A stretch of DNA of 45,440 nucleotides from Burkholderiales bacterium (GTDB lineage Bacteria; Pseudomonadota; Gammaproteobacteria; Burkholderiales; Ga0077523): assembly GCA_040373665.1 (NCBI GenBank), contig JBEICA010000002.1, forward strand, positions 1-45,440, in the 5' to 3' direction. The notes beneath the pieces were generated by a model. It was not told the origin of the DNA. It searched no databases and worked only from the letters and a program-made list of their open reading frames with translations. Every line of letters begins with the position of its first letter. The stretch's first letter is position 1. Below, piece by piece: positions 20,827-28,436 of the stretch. A program made the position numbers and the translations under genes.

Positions 20827-21333
20827 ATGCCGCAACTCTTCGATCGATGTCGTCGAACCGTGAAAACCACCCTGTCCGTCAGACACCCACCCCAGAGGGG
20901 TTGCAGCGCCCGTTACGCGACGTTGGCTGGCATCCGCCTGACCCTGGCCCTCGCATTGGCCGGCTGCACGCCTGCGGGGCCGCCTGACGTGGCTCGACCC
21001 GCCTTGATGGTGACCGAAGGCGCTGACGGCAGTACGCAGGTGTTGCGCCCTGGCCAGCCGCTGGAAGTACGGCTGCCGGGAAACCCTTCGACTGGATTCC
21101 GCTGGGAGGCGGCCCTCGGCGAGCGGGCCGCACTGCGTCAGGAGGGCGAGCCTCGATTCGAGCGGGGGGACGCACCCGCGGGTGTGGTGGGCGCGGGTGG
21201 AACGGAGGTGTTCCGGTTCGTGGCAGTCGCCCCCGGCCGCCAGGAGCTGTCCTTCGTCTATCGCCGCGTCTGGGAAACGGATGTACCCCCGGCCCGAACG
21301 GTCTCCTTCCGGGTGAGCGTTGAGGGTCGCTGA
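20827..21333 (+). CDS. chagasin-type (I42) peptidase-inhibitor lipoprotein
   Basis: Lipobox LALAGC (Cys codon at 20965). The family-typical motifs are LPGNPSTGFRW (compare NPTTGYxW) and FRFVAVAPG...LSFVYRRVWE. The start codon is uncertain (20761, 20827 or a non-ATG closer to the lipobox). Confidence 0.68.
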   Translation: MPQLFDRCRRTVKTTLSVRHPPQRGCSARYATLAGIRLTLALALAGCTPAGPPDVARPALMVTEGADGSTQVLRPGQPLEVRLPGNPSTGFRWEAALGERAALRQEGEPRFERGDAPAGVVGAGGTEVFRFVAVAPGRQELSFVYRRVWETDVPPARTVSFRVSVEGR

Positions 21334-21462
21334 CGGCCCCTCCGCTACATCGGGCGTACGCCCCCCGGAAACCCGCACGATGGTGGCCGTCGAGGGTCGT
21401 GCTGGACGTCCGTCGGGACGACCGCGACCGTGGGCAGCGTCGTGGGTGCCCGCTTGCCCGTT

Positions 21463-22749
21463 TCAGTTCAACTGCACGCGCTCGCCGAATGGCACCCCGG
21501 CCCGCCCCTTGACCAGCCAGAGCACCGGATAGGGCGGTGCCAGCGCCGGAAATTCGCCCTGGGCATCCGTGAAATAGATGAGCAGGTCGGGAGCAAGACC
21601 GGCGGATTCGATCCACTCGAACGCCGGCGTGAAGCGCGTGCCGCCCCCGCCCTCCAGGGAAGCAGGCAGGCGCACCGGTTCCCAGGGATCGAAGCGCCAC
21701 GGCCCCTCAGGAGTCAGGCGCTCGTCGCAGGCATGCACGGTGAGTTCGGCCTGCACCTGGGCCTTGAGGGCATCGAGCTCTCCGGTGAACTCGTTCAGTT
21801 CGTCGGCCGTGATGGAGCCGCTCGTGTCCACCACCGCCACGATGCGCAGCGAGCCGCGCGCCAGGCGCGGCAGCACCGCCGTGCCCTCGCGACGCGGTGG
21901 TCGCTGAAAGGTGTAGTCCTCGCGCGCCGCCGACACCACGAACCGGGCCAGCAGCGCCCGCCACGGCAGGGTCGGCTCCAGCAGCGTCTCCAGCACCCGC
22001 TGCCACGACTGTCCGAGGCGCCCGGCCTCGCGCGCCGACTGGGCCGCGGTAGCAAGCCGGGAACGCCAGGCCTGCTCCATGTCCGCCATCGTTGCCGGCA
22101 GGACAACGTCCACAGAGCTGGCACCTGCGGGTCGCTGGCGGCGTGCCTCGTGGCCGGCATCATCCCAGGCATCCTCGTGCGCCGCAGTGCCGTCCGCTCC
22201 GGGGCTGCCTGTTGCACCGGCCTCGCTACCAATGGTCGCCGGCGCCCCGAGGCGCATTGCCCCCAGATGGCCGGAGAGGCCACCATCGCCAGGCCGGTCG
22301 AACACGTGGCTGTCGATGTCGCGCGGCGCATCAGCGTCCGGCACCAGGGGATAGATCTCCTCCGCGGACAGTCCGTGAAAGGCTGGGTCGCAGCACACCC
22401 CCGCGGGCATTTCCAGACCGTCCTCGCGCAGCAGGTGGTTCACGGCGTGATCGCAGGCCACATCCCAGCGCGCCCTCAGCCGGTGACCGCGGCGCGCCAC
22501 GTGCCCGAGAGCACAGTGCAGCGCCTCGTGGGCGACCCAGAACCTGAGGTCTGCAGGTGTGGCGGAGTCGACAAAACCGGGATTGAACAACAGGTGCACA
22601 CCATCGGTCCCGATGGCCGGGCAGTGGCGCGGGTCGGCGGCCACCGGCCGCAGGTGCAACGTGAGCGTCCCGATGAACGGGTGGTCCAGGATGAGACGGG
22701 TGCGGGCGGCGGCGATCTTCGCGCCGAGCCGGTCCCGCGTCCCGGTCAC
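21463..22749 (-). CDS. zincin(HExxH)-vWA fusion protein (DUF2201_N/DUF2201-like), partner of the upstream AAA+ ATPase
   Basis: The N-terminal domain has the HExxH motif WVAHEALHCALGH plus downstream DHAVNH. A low-complexity Gly/Ala/Asp linker of about 130 aa follows. The C-terminal vWA fold has the MIDAS motif IVAVVDTSGSI. The GTG start overlaps the ATPase TGA (GTGA). Confidence 0.85.
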   Translation of the reverse strand: MTGTRDRLGAKIAAARTRLILDHPFIGTLTLHLRPVAADPRHCPAIGTDGVHLLFNPGFVDSATPADLRFWVAHEALHCALGHVARRGHRLRARWDVACDHAVNHLLREDGLEMPAGVCCDPAFHGLSAEEIYPLVPDADAPRDIDSHVFDRPGDGGLSGHLGAMRLGAPATIGSEAGATGSPGADGTAAHEDAWDDAGHEARRQRPAGASSVDVVLPATMADMEQAWRSRLATAAQSAREAGRLGQSWQRVLETLLEPTLPWRALLARFVVSAAREDYTFQRPPRREGTAVLPRLARGSLRIVAVVDTSGSITADELNEFTGELDALKAQVQAELTVHACDERLTPEGPWRFDPWEPVRLPASLEGGGGTRFTPAFEWIESAGLAPDLLIYFTDAQGEFPALAPPYPVLWLVKGRAGVPFGERVQLN

Positions 22750-23834
22750 GCTGCCCGGTCCGTTTCGCGCCCGCCAAGGACGAGCTCGTCCAGGCTGGCA
22801 GCCCAGTCGGAAAAACCCGGCACCCCGATGAGCGGCCGGGCGATGGAACGCTGCAGATCACTGACCAGCATCACCCCCATCTCGCGCTGGGGAAAGGCGC
22901 GGGCGTAACGCAGGATGGCCGCGAGGACCTCGTCACCGGGCGCCGCCTCAGCGGCCCGCGCCGCACGCCGCACCAGCGCCGCCGCCACGCCGTATTGCAG
23001 ATCCACCGACTCGGGCACCGGTTGGTCCTCCCCCCGGGTAATGGCATCGATGTCGGGAAGGCGGGTCATGTGATCGATGAAGGCCTTGAGCTCGGCACCG
23101 ACGGCCCGGCCGACGCAAGCCTCCAGGGCACCGGCCAGCAACCCCGCGTGATCGCCGTATTTCTCCAGGGCGCGGTGCGCGTACTCCCAGGTGCGCGGCG
23201 ACGGAAAGGCGATCGGGTGGCGCGCCGGATCGAAGTCGAACAGCAGTTCGGGGCGGAATCTCAGGAAGGCGATGACACGGCTGTCGATGCCCCTGGCGTG
23301 CGCCCAGGCCACCCAGTCGTCGAGGTGAGGCTCGAGCTCGTAGTGGGTGAAGCGGTTCGCCAGCGGCGCCGGCATGGCGTAGGTGACCCCGCGGTCGCCC
23401 TGCCGGTTGCCGGCGGCGAAAATGGCCCAGCCTGCAGGCACCGCATAGTCGCCGAGGCGACGATCGAGGATCAGCTGGTAGGCGGCGGCGGTCACCGTGG
23501 GCGCCGCCGCGTTGATCTCGTCCAGGAACAGGATGCCACGCGGGCCGTGGCGCAAGGCGTCGGGCAGGGTCGAGGGCACGGACCACTCGACCCTCCCGCC
23601 GTCGCGGAACGGGATGCCGCGCAGGTCCGTGGGCTCGAGCTGTGACAGGCGCAGGTCGATCAGACCCACCTCCACCCGGCGGGCCACGCCGCGCACCAGA
23701 TCGCTCTTGCCGACCCCCGGTGGCCCCCAGAGCATGACCGGCGTGTGCAGCCCGTCGTCGGCGGCGGCGAACTCTCTTTCCAGGATGGTGGCGAGGTGGG
23801 CAGGTCTCATGGATCGGCGCGGAGGGTTCGCCAT
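22746..23834 (-). CDS. MoxR-type AAA+ ATPase (AAA_5 family)
   Basis: Walker A MLWGPPGVGKSDL, Walker B GILFLDEINAA and sensor-1 IFAAGNRQGD. The helical lid and C-terminal domain are typical of MoxR/CbbQ/NorQ-like ATPases. Candidate starts are 23834 (MANPP), 23810 (MRPAHL) and 23879. The rest of the 905-aa track ORF is antisense artefact. Confidence 0.88.
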   Translation of the reverse strand: MANPPRRSMRPAHLATILEREFAAADDGLHTPVMLWGPPGVGKSDLVRGVARRVEVGLIDLRLSQLEPTDLRGIPFRDGGRVEWSVPSTLPDALRHGPRGILFLDEINAAAPTVTAAAYQLILDRRLGDYAVPAGWAIFAAGNRQGDRGVTYAMPAPLANRFTHYELEPHLDDWVAWAHARGIDSRVIAFLRFRPELLFDFDPARHPIAFPSPRTWEYAHRALEKYGDHAGLLAGALEACVGRAVGAELKAFIDHMTRLPDIDAITRGEDQPVPESVDLQYGVAAALVRRAARAAEAAPGDEVLAAILRYARAFPQREMGVMLVSDLQRSIARPLIGVPGFSDWAASLDELVLGGRETDRAA

Positions 23835-23867
23835 GACGCGGGTTGCAGTCACGGCGGCGTGCGAGGC

Positions 23868-23879
23868 ATGCCCGGGCAT
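23868..23879. repeat. perfect 12-bp palindrome ATGCCCGGGCAT in the divergent AAA+/NUDIX promoter region
   Basis: Read directly from the sequence. It lies 34-45 bp upstream of the ATPase start at 23834 and about 150 bp upstream of the NUDIX start. Confidence 0.5.
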
Positions 23880-24026
23880 TCTAGGGGAAGGTCTGATCAA
23901 ATCGCGCGGTCGCGACGGAGCGATCGGCACCTCCGCGGGGCGCGCCGCGCTGCGGCGATGACAGCGGGTCGTCCGCGCCAGACGCCTTTGGACGATAATC
24001 GCGGACACCATCTTCCAGGTCTCTCC

Positions 24027-24596
24027 ATGCGATTCTGCAGCGACTGCGGTGCCCGCGTCTCCAGCAAGATTCCGCCGGGCGACAATCTTCCGCGCTGGGT
24101 GTGCGACGACTGCGGCACCATCCACTACCAGAACCCCAAGCTGGTGGTCGGATGCATCCCCGAATGGGAGGATCGCGTCCTGCTGTGCCGGCGCGCCATC
24201 GAGCCCCGCCACGGCTTCTGGACCGTGCCTGCCGGCTTCATGGAAAACGGCGAGACCACCGCCGACGGGGCTGCACGCGAGACCCTGGAGGAGGCCAACG
24301 CCAGGGTGGAGATCCTGTCGCTGTATGCGATCTACAACATTCCGCACATCAGCCAGGTGTACATGCTGTTCCGCGGCCGGCTGCTGGACCTCGACTTCCA
24401 TCCCGGCGAGGAATCGCTCGAGACGCGGCTGTTCTCCGAGGCCGAGATCCCCTGGGACACCCTGGCCTTCGCCACGGTGCGCAATACGCTGAGGCACTAC
24501 TACGCCGACCGCCTGCGTGGCGAGTACCGCTTCCACATGGGCACCATCGAACCCCGTCCCGGCCCGGCCATTTCGCCGGATCGGCCCCGGGAATGA
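24027..24596 (+). CDS. NUDIX hydrolase with N-terminal zinc ribbon
   Basis: MRFCSDCGARV...WVCDDCGTIHY provides the CxxC...CxxC ribbon. The Nudix box is GFMENGETTADGAARETLEEANA. Confidence 0.88.
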   Translation: MRFCSDCGARVSSKIPPGDNLPRWVCDDCGTIHYQNPKLVVGCIPEWEDRVLLCRRAIEPRHGFWTVPAGFMENGETTADGAARETLEEANARVEILSLYAIYNIPHISQVYMLFRGRLLDLDFHPGEESLETRLFSEAEIPWDTLAFATVRNTLRHYYADRLRGEYRFHMGTIEPRPGPAISPDRPRE

Positions 24597-24764
24597 TCTC
24601 TGCACCGATGACCCGCAGGTCTGCAACGATCGGCCAGACCTTTCCTCCCGCCATTGGGTTGGCGCGGGATGCACGGCCTGCCTCGCAATGCACCCGACCA
24701 TCGTCCCATGGCCTGATGAAACATCCGGGCCACGCCGCCGCCACCTGAGCCGGAGCATCCCGCC

Positions 24765-26336
24765 ATGATCCATCGCAGCCCCCGTCCGGACGTCGTCATC
24801 CCGCAGGGCCCCTTGCATGCGGTGGTGATGGCGAGATTCGAGGAGTTCGGCGACCGTCCCGCCATCATCGAGGGCGCAACCGGCCGGCAACTCAGCTACC
24901 GCCAGCTCGGTGGCGACATCGAACACGTCGCAGCCAATCTGGCCGCCCGCGGTTTCGGCCGCGGCGACGTGCTGGCTCTCTGCCTGCCGAACGTGCCTGA
25001 ATACGCCGCCGCCTTCCTCGGGGCGAGCCGCGCAGGCGGTACCGTCACGACCATGAACCCGCTCTACACGGAGCGCGAGATCGGGCACCAGCTCAAGGAG
25101 ACGGGAGCACGCTTCCTGGTGACGGTCACACCCCTGGCGCAGCGCTGCCTCGAGGCGGCCCGCGCCTCCGGCGTGGAATGTGTGTTCTGCCTTGGCGAGG
25201 CGCCGGGTACCGTGGCCTTCGAGGTTCTGTTGCAGGAGGCCCCGCCCCTTGCCGCGGTGGCGATCGATCCGGCAGAGGATCTGGCCGCACTGCCCTACTC
25301 CAGCGGCACCAGCGGTGTGCCCAAGGGTGTGATGCTCACCCACCGCAACCTCGCCGCCCAGCTCGAACAGGCGGCCGGCCTGCTGGACGAGGCGCAACCG
25401 GACGTCTCCATCGCCGTGCTGCCGTTCTATCACATCTACGGGATGGTGCTGATCCTGCTCCACGGCCTGCGCGGCGGCGGTACCCTGGTGTCACTGCCGC
25501 GCTTCGACTTCGTGCAGTTCCTGGAGTGTGTGCAGAAGTACCGGGTCACCTATGCGCCGCTGGTGCCGCCCATCGTCCTGGCCCTGGCCAAACATCCGGC
25601 TGTGGATCAATACGACCTGTCGAGCCTGCGGCGCATCGGCTCGGGTGCCGCACCGCTGGGGGCGGAGGTCGAGCGCGGCTGTGCCGAGCGCCTGGGCTGC
25701 GCGGTGATGCAGGGCTATGGCATGACCGAATTCTCCGGCGCGTCGATCAGCAAGCATGGCGGTCCCGGACCGGGCAAGACCGGCTCGGTGGGCTGGTGCT
25801 GGCCCAACATGGAAGCGCGCATCGTCGACCCCGCGACCGGCGTCGACGTCCCGCCCGGCGAGCGTGGCGAGTTGTGGATGCGCGGCCCCAACGTCATGCG
25901 CGGCTACTTCCGCCGGCCCGACGCCACCGCCGAAATGCTCCTTCCTGACGGCTGGCTGCGCACCGGCGACATCGCCTGTGTGGACGCCGATGGCGAGTTC
26001 CACATCGTCGACCGGGTCAAGGAACTGATCAAGCACAACGGCTACCAGGTCGCGCCGGCCGAGCTCGAGGCAGTGCTGCTGCGCCACCCCGCCATCGTCG
26101 ACGCCGCCGTGATCCCCAGCCCGGACGAGGAAACCGGAGAGGTGCCCAAGGCCTTTGTGGTGCTGCGCACGCCGCTGGAGCCTCAGGCGATTCTCGATTT
26201 CGTCGCGGAACAGGTGGCGCCCTACAAGAAGGTGCGCCGGCTCGCCATCGTCGACGCCATCCCCAAATCCCCGTCCGGGAAGATCCTGCGGCGCGTGCTC
26301 ATCGACCAGGAGCGCGCCGCCCAGGGCGGCGCCTGA
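24765..26336 (+). CDS. AMP-dependent acyl-CoA synthetase/ligase (4-coumarate-CoA-ligase-like)
   Basis: AMP-binding motif LPYSSGTSGVPKGVMLTHRN, QGYGMTE, the GDI....DGE..IVDR hinge and the C-terminal PKSPSGKILRR. Confidence 0.92.
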   Translation: MIHRSPRPDVVIPQGPLHAVVMARFEEFGDRPAIIEGATGRQLSYRQLGGDIEHVAANLAARGFGRGDVLALCLPNVPEYAAAFLGASRAGGTVTTMNPLYTEREIGHQLKETGARFLVTVTPLAQRCLEAARASGVECVFCLGEAPGTVAFEVLLQEAPPLAAVAIDPAEDLAALPYSSGTSGVPKGVMLTHRNLAAQLEQAAGLLDEAQPDVSIAVLPFYHIYGMVLILLHGLRGGGTLVSLPRFDFVQFLECVQKYRVTYAPLVPPIVLALAKHPAVDQYDLSSLRRIGSGAAPLGAEVERGCAERLGCAVMQGYGMTEFSGASISKHGGPGPGKTGSVGWCWPNMEARIVDPATGVDVPPGERGELWMRGPNVMRGYFRRPDATAEMLLPDGWLRTGDIACVDADGEFHIVDRVKELIKHNGYQVAPAELEAVLLRHPAIVDAAVIPSPDEETGEVPKAFVVLRTPLEPQAILDFVAEQVAPYKKVRRLAIVDAIPKSPSGKILRRVLIDQERAAQGGA

Positions 26337-26361
26337 GCCCGGCGCGCGGCGACCACCGCCG

Positions 26362-27411
26362 TCAGCGCATCGGAGGCGGCGCTTCCACGGCCCGCGGCGC
26401 AACGCGGAACAGCGCCGGGTCGCGCGGATCGATGGTCACTTCGACCCAGTTCACGAACGGGCTGCCGAAGCTCTCCACCCGGGTGAAGTTCGCAAGCTCG
26501 CGTCCCTCCGCGGTGCGCCACGGGTGGTCGTGGCGAAACCAGTGGGTGTCGCCGTGCAGCAGAAGCACCGGCCTGCCGAAGGCCAGGGCGTGACGGCGCA
26601 GGCGCCCGAGGAAACCATCGTAGGGTCCGGGTGCGCCGGGGCTCGGTGCGCGCTCAAGTCCCGGGTTGCCGTGAATGGCGACCACCACCCCGAGGCTGCC
26701 CGCCATGCGCGCCGCGTCGAAGACGGCATCCAGCCAGGCCAGGGCCGCGGCCTCGCGTTGCGCAACCTCGGCCAGCCGATCGGCCCGCGGCCGGGACGCC
26801 GAGTCGTCCGGATCGAGCTCGCGCCAGGGGGCGAGACCATTCTGGCTGCCCACCACGTGCACCGTGGCAAAGGTCACCTCCGCCGCCTGCCAGAGGGCGT
26901 TTTCCACGTACGCCTCGAACCCGGGCGTCGCCGACTGCGGCCGCAGGTTCATGGGCCGCCCACCACTGGATCGCACCGGATCGGGATGGAAGATCTGGCG
27001 GTAGCGTGCCAGCCGCTCGGTAGGCAGGAAACGGCCGTTGCTCACCCGGTGGCAGTCGGTCCAGTCGTTGTCCCCGGGCGTGATCACGAAGGGCCTGGCG
27101 AGTTCCTGGAACAGGCGGAAGCGACGCCGCAGCACGGCATCGTCGCAGGACTCGCCACCGCCCTTCAGGTCTCCGATATGGATGACGAAGCCCACCGCGG
27201 GCGAGGCGTTGATCGCAGCGATCACCTCTCGCGCGCGGCGCTCCTCGCTCTCGCCATAGGGCATGTCACCGATCAGGGCGAAGGACAGGCTGCCCGCCTT
27301 TGGCAACGGCTCGGCGCGGGAGGCGCAGACCAGCGCGAGAGGGCATGCAAGCAAGAGCGCGCGGGCTGCGCGCAGCAAGGGACCAAGCCGATGGGAGGAC
27401 GACTGACTCAT
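26362..27411 (-). CDS. exported calcineurin-like metallophosphoesterase
   Basis: Signal peptide LLLACPLALVCASRA. The metallophosphoesterase motifs are IGDMPYG, HIGDLKGG, TPGDNDW and LLLHGDTHW. Confidence 0.85.
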   Translation of the reverse strand: MSQSSSHRLGPLLRAARALLLACPLALVCASRAEPLPKAGSLSFALIGDMPYGESEERRAREVIAAINASPAVGFVIHIGDLKGGGESCDDAVLRRRFRLFQELARPFVITPGDNDWTDCHRVSNGRFLPTERLARYRQIFHPDPVRSSGGRPMNLRPQSATPGFEAYVENALWQAAEVTFATVHVVGSQNGLAPWRELDPDDSASRPRADRLAEVAQREAAALAWLDAVFDAARMAGSLGVVVAIHGNPGLERAPSPGAPGPYDGFLGRLRRHALAFGRPVLLLHGDTHWFRHDHPWRTAEGRELANFTRVESFGSPFVNWVEVTIDPRDPALFRVAPRAVEAPPPMR

Positions 27412-27475
27412 GCTTCGCGGATGGTCTCACGGAACTCCGCTGTGTTGTTTCCCGGGGGCATGCCACTACCCTGCT

Positions 27476-28429
27476 TCAGGCGAACAATCCGCTCCCGCGT
27501 GCGGGCTGATTGAGCGCCTGCACCAGGGCGGCGAGGGACAACAGATCCTCACGGTTGTGGTCGAGGATGCGGGGCACGGCAGAGGCATCGCCCCGGGTGA
27601 GCCAGCGCTGCCAGGCGGCCGGCACCTCGGCACCGGGAAGATCGTCGACGCGGTCGAAGCCCAGGGCGTGGACCTCGGTGGTGCGCAGGCGGCAGTCGGG
27701 CCAGCCCTCGCGCAGCAACCGCCGTGTGGCATGCAGCAGATCACCGTGGGCCTTGCCCTCGAAGGGATGGGGACGGCGCGCCAGCGCGTAGCGCGCCTTC
27801 AGCACCGGGACGTCGAAGGATTTGCCGTTGAAGGTGACCAGACAGTCGGCAGCTGCCACCGCTGCGGCCAGGGCATCCAGCAATCCGGCCTCGCCGGCAA
27901 AACCGGTGGCGAGGTACTGCGCCACACACAGGTGGCCGGCGCTCACCCGGGCCAGGCCGAGCAGGAACACGAACGTGCCGGTGCCACCAGCGAGCCCGGA
28001 GGTCTCGGTATCGAGAAAGAGCAGGCGCTCCGCCGGCAGCACCAGGGTGTCACCCCGGCGCAGCGGCACGCTCAGGCGGCCACGCAGGGGCTCGTCCAGC
28101 CAGGTGCGGCCGTGCTGCAGCGGCAGCGCACGGCGCCATTCCACCAGCAGCACACCCTCAGCGACCGTGCGGGCGCCGGTGGCAAGCATCAGCTCGTCCT
28201 GCCCGCGGACGCGCGCCGCCGCCCGTGCCTGGGCAAGGCGGGCGAGGCGCAGCGCCAGGGGTTCCCCGGTGTCGGTACCTCGCAGTCCAGGCGGGGGCGA
28301 TGATCCAGACGCAGCCGGGGCGGTGCCAGCGTCGCCGCCAGCCCCGACGGCCGGCAGCACGACGCATCCGGGCGTCTGATCGGCGACTCCGCTCTGCCGG
28401 CGCAGGGCAGCGATGCGCTCGCGCAGCAT
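27476..28429 (-). CDS. RNase-H-fold 3'-5' exonuclease-like protein (YprB/MrfB-like)
   Basis: LLFLDTETSGLAG (DxE exonuclease motif I), LVTFNGKSFDVPVL and ILDHNREDLLSLAAL (motif III, H-x4-D). It starts 7 nt after the helicase stop. Confidence 0.78.
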   Translation of the reverse strand: MLRERIAALRRQSGVADQTPGCVVLPAVGAGGDAGTAPAASGSSPPPGLRGTDTGEPLALRLARLAQARAAARVRGQDELMLATGARTVAEGVLLVEWRRALPLQHGRTWLDEPLRGRLSVPLRRGDTLVLPAERLLFLDTETSGLAGGTGTFVFLLGLARVSAGHLCVAQYLATGFAGEAGLLDALAAAVAAADCLVTFNGKSFDVPVLKARYALARRPHPFEGKAHGDLLHATRRLLREGWPDCRLRTTEVHALGFDRVDDLPGAEVPAAWQRWLTRGDASAVPRILDHNREDLLSLAALVQALNQPARGSGLFA

Positions 28430-28436
28430 CCGGACC

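Noticed and set aside
23880-25463. Upstream two-thirds of the 905-aa minus-strand ORF 22746..25463
   Set aside because: Only the 3' portion of about 360 codons has AAA+ motifs. The upstream part is antisense to the NUDIX and acyl-CoA ligase genes (both with clear motifs) and has a low-complexity composition.
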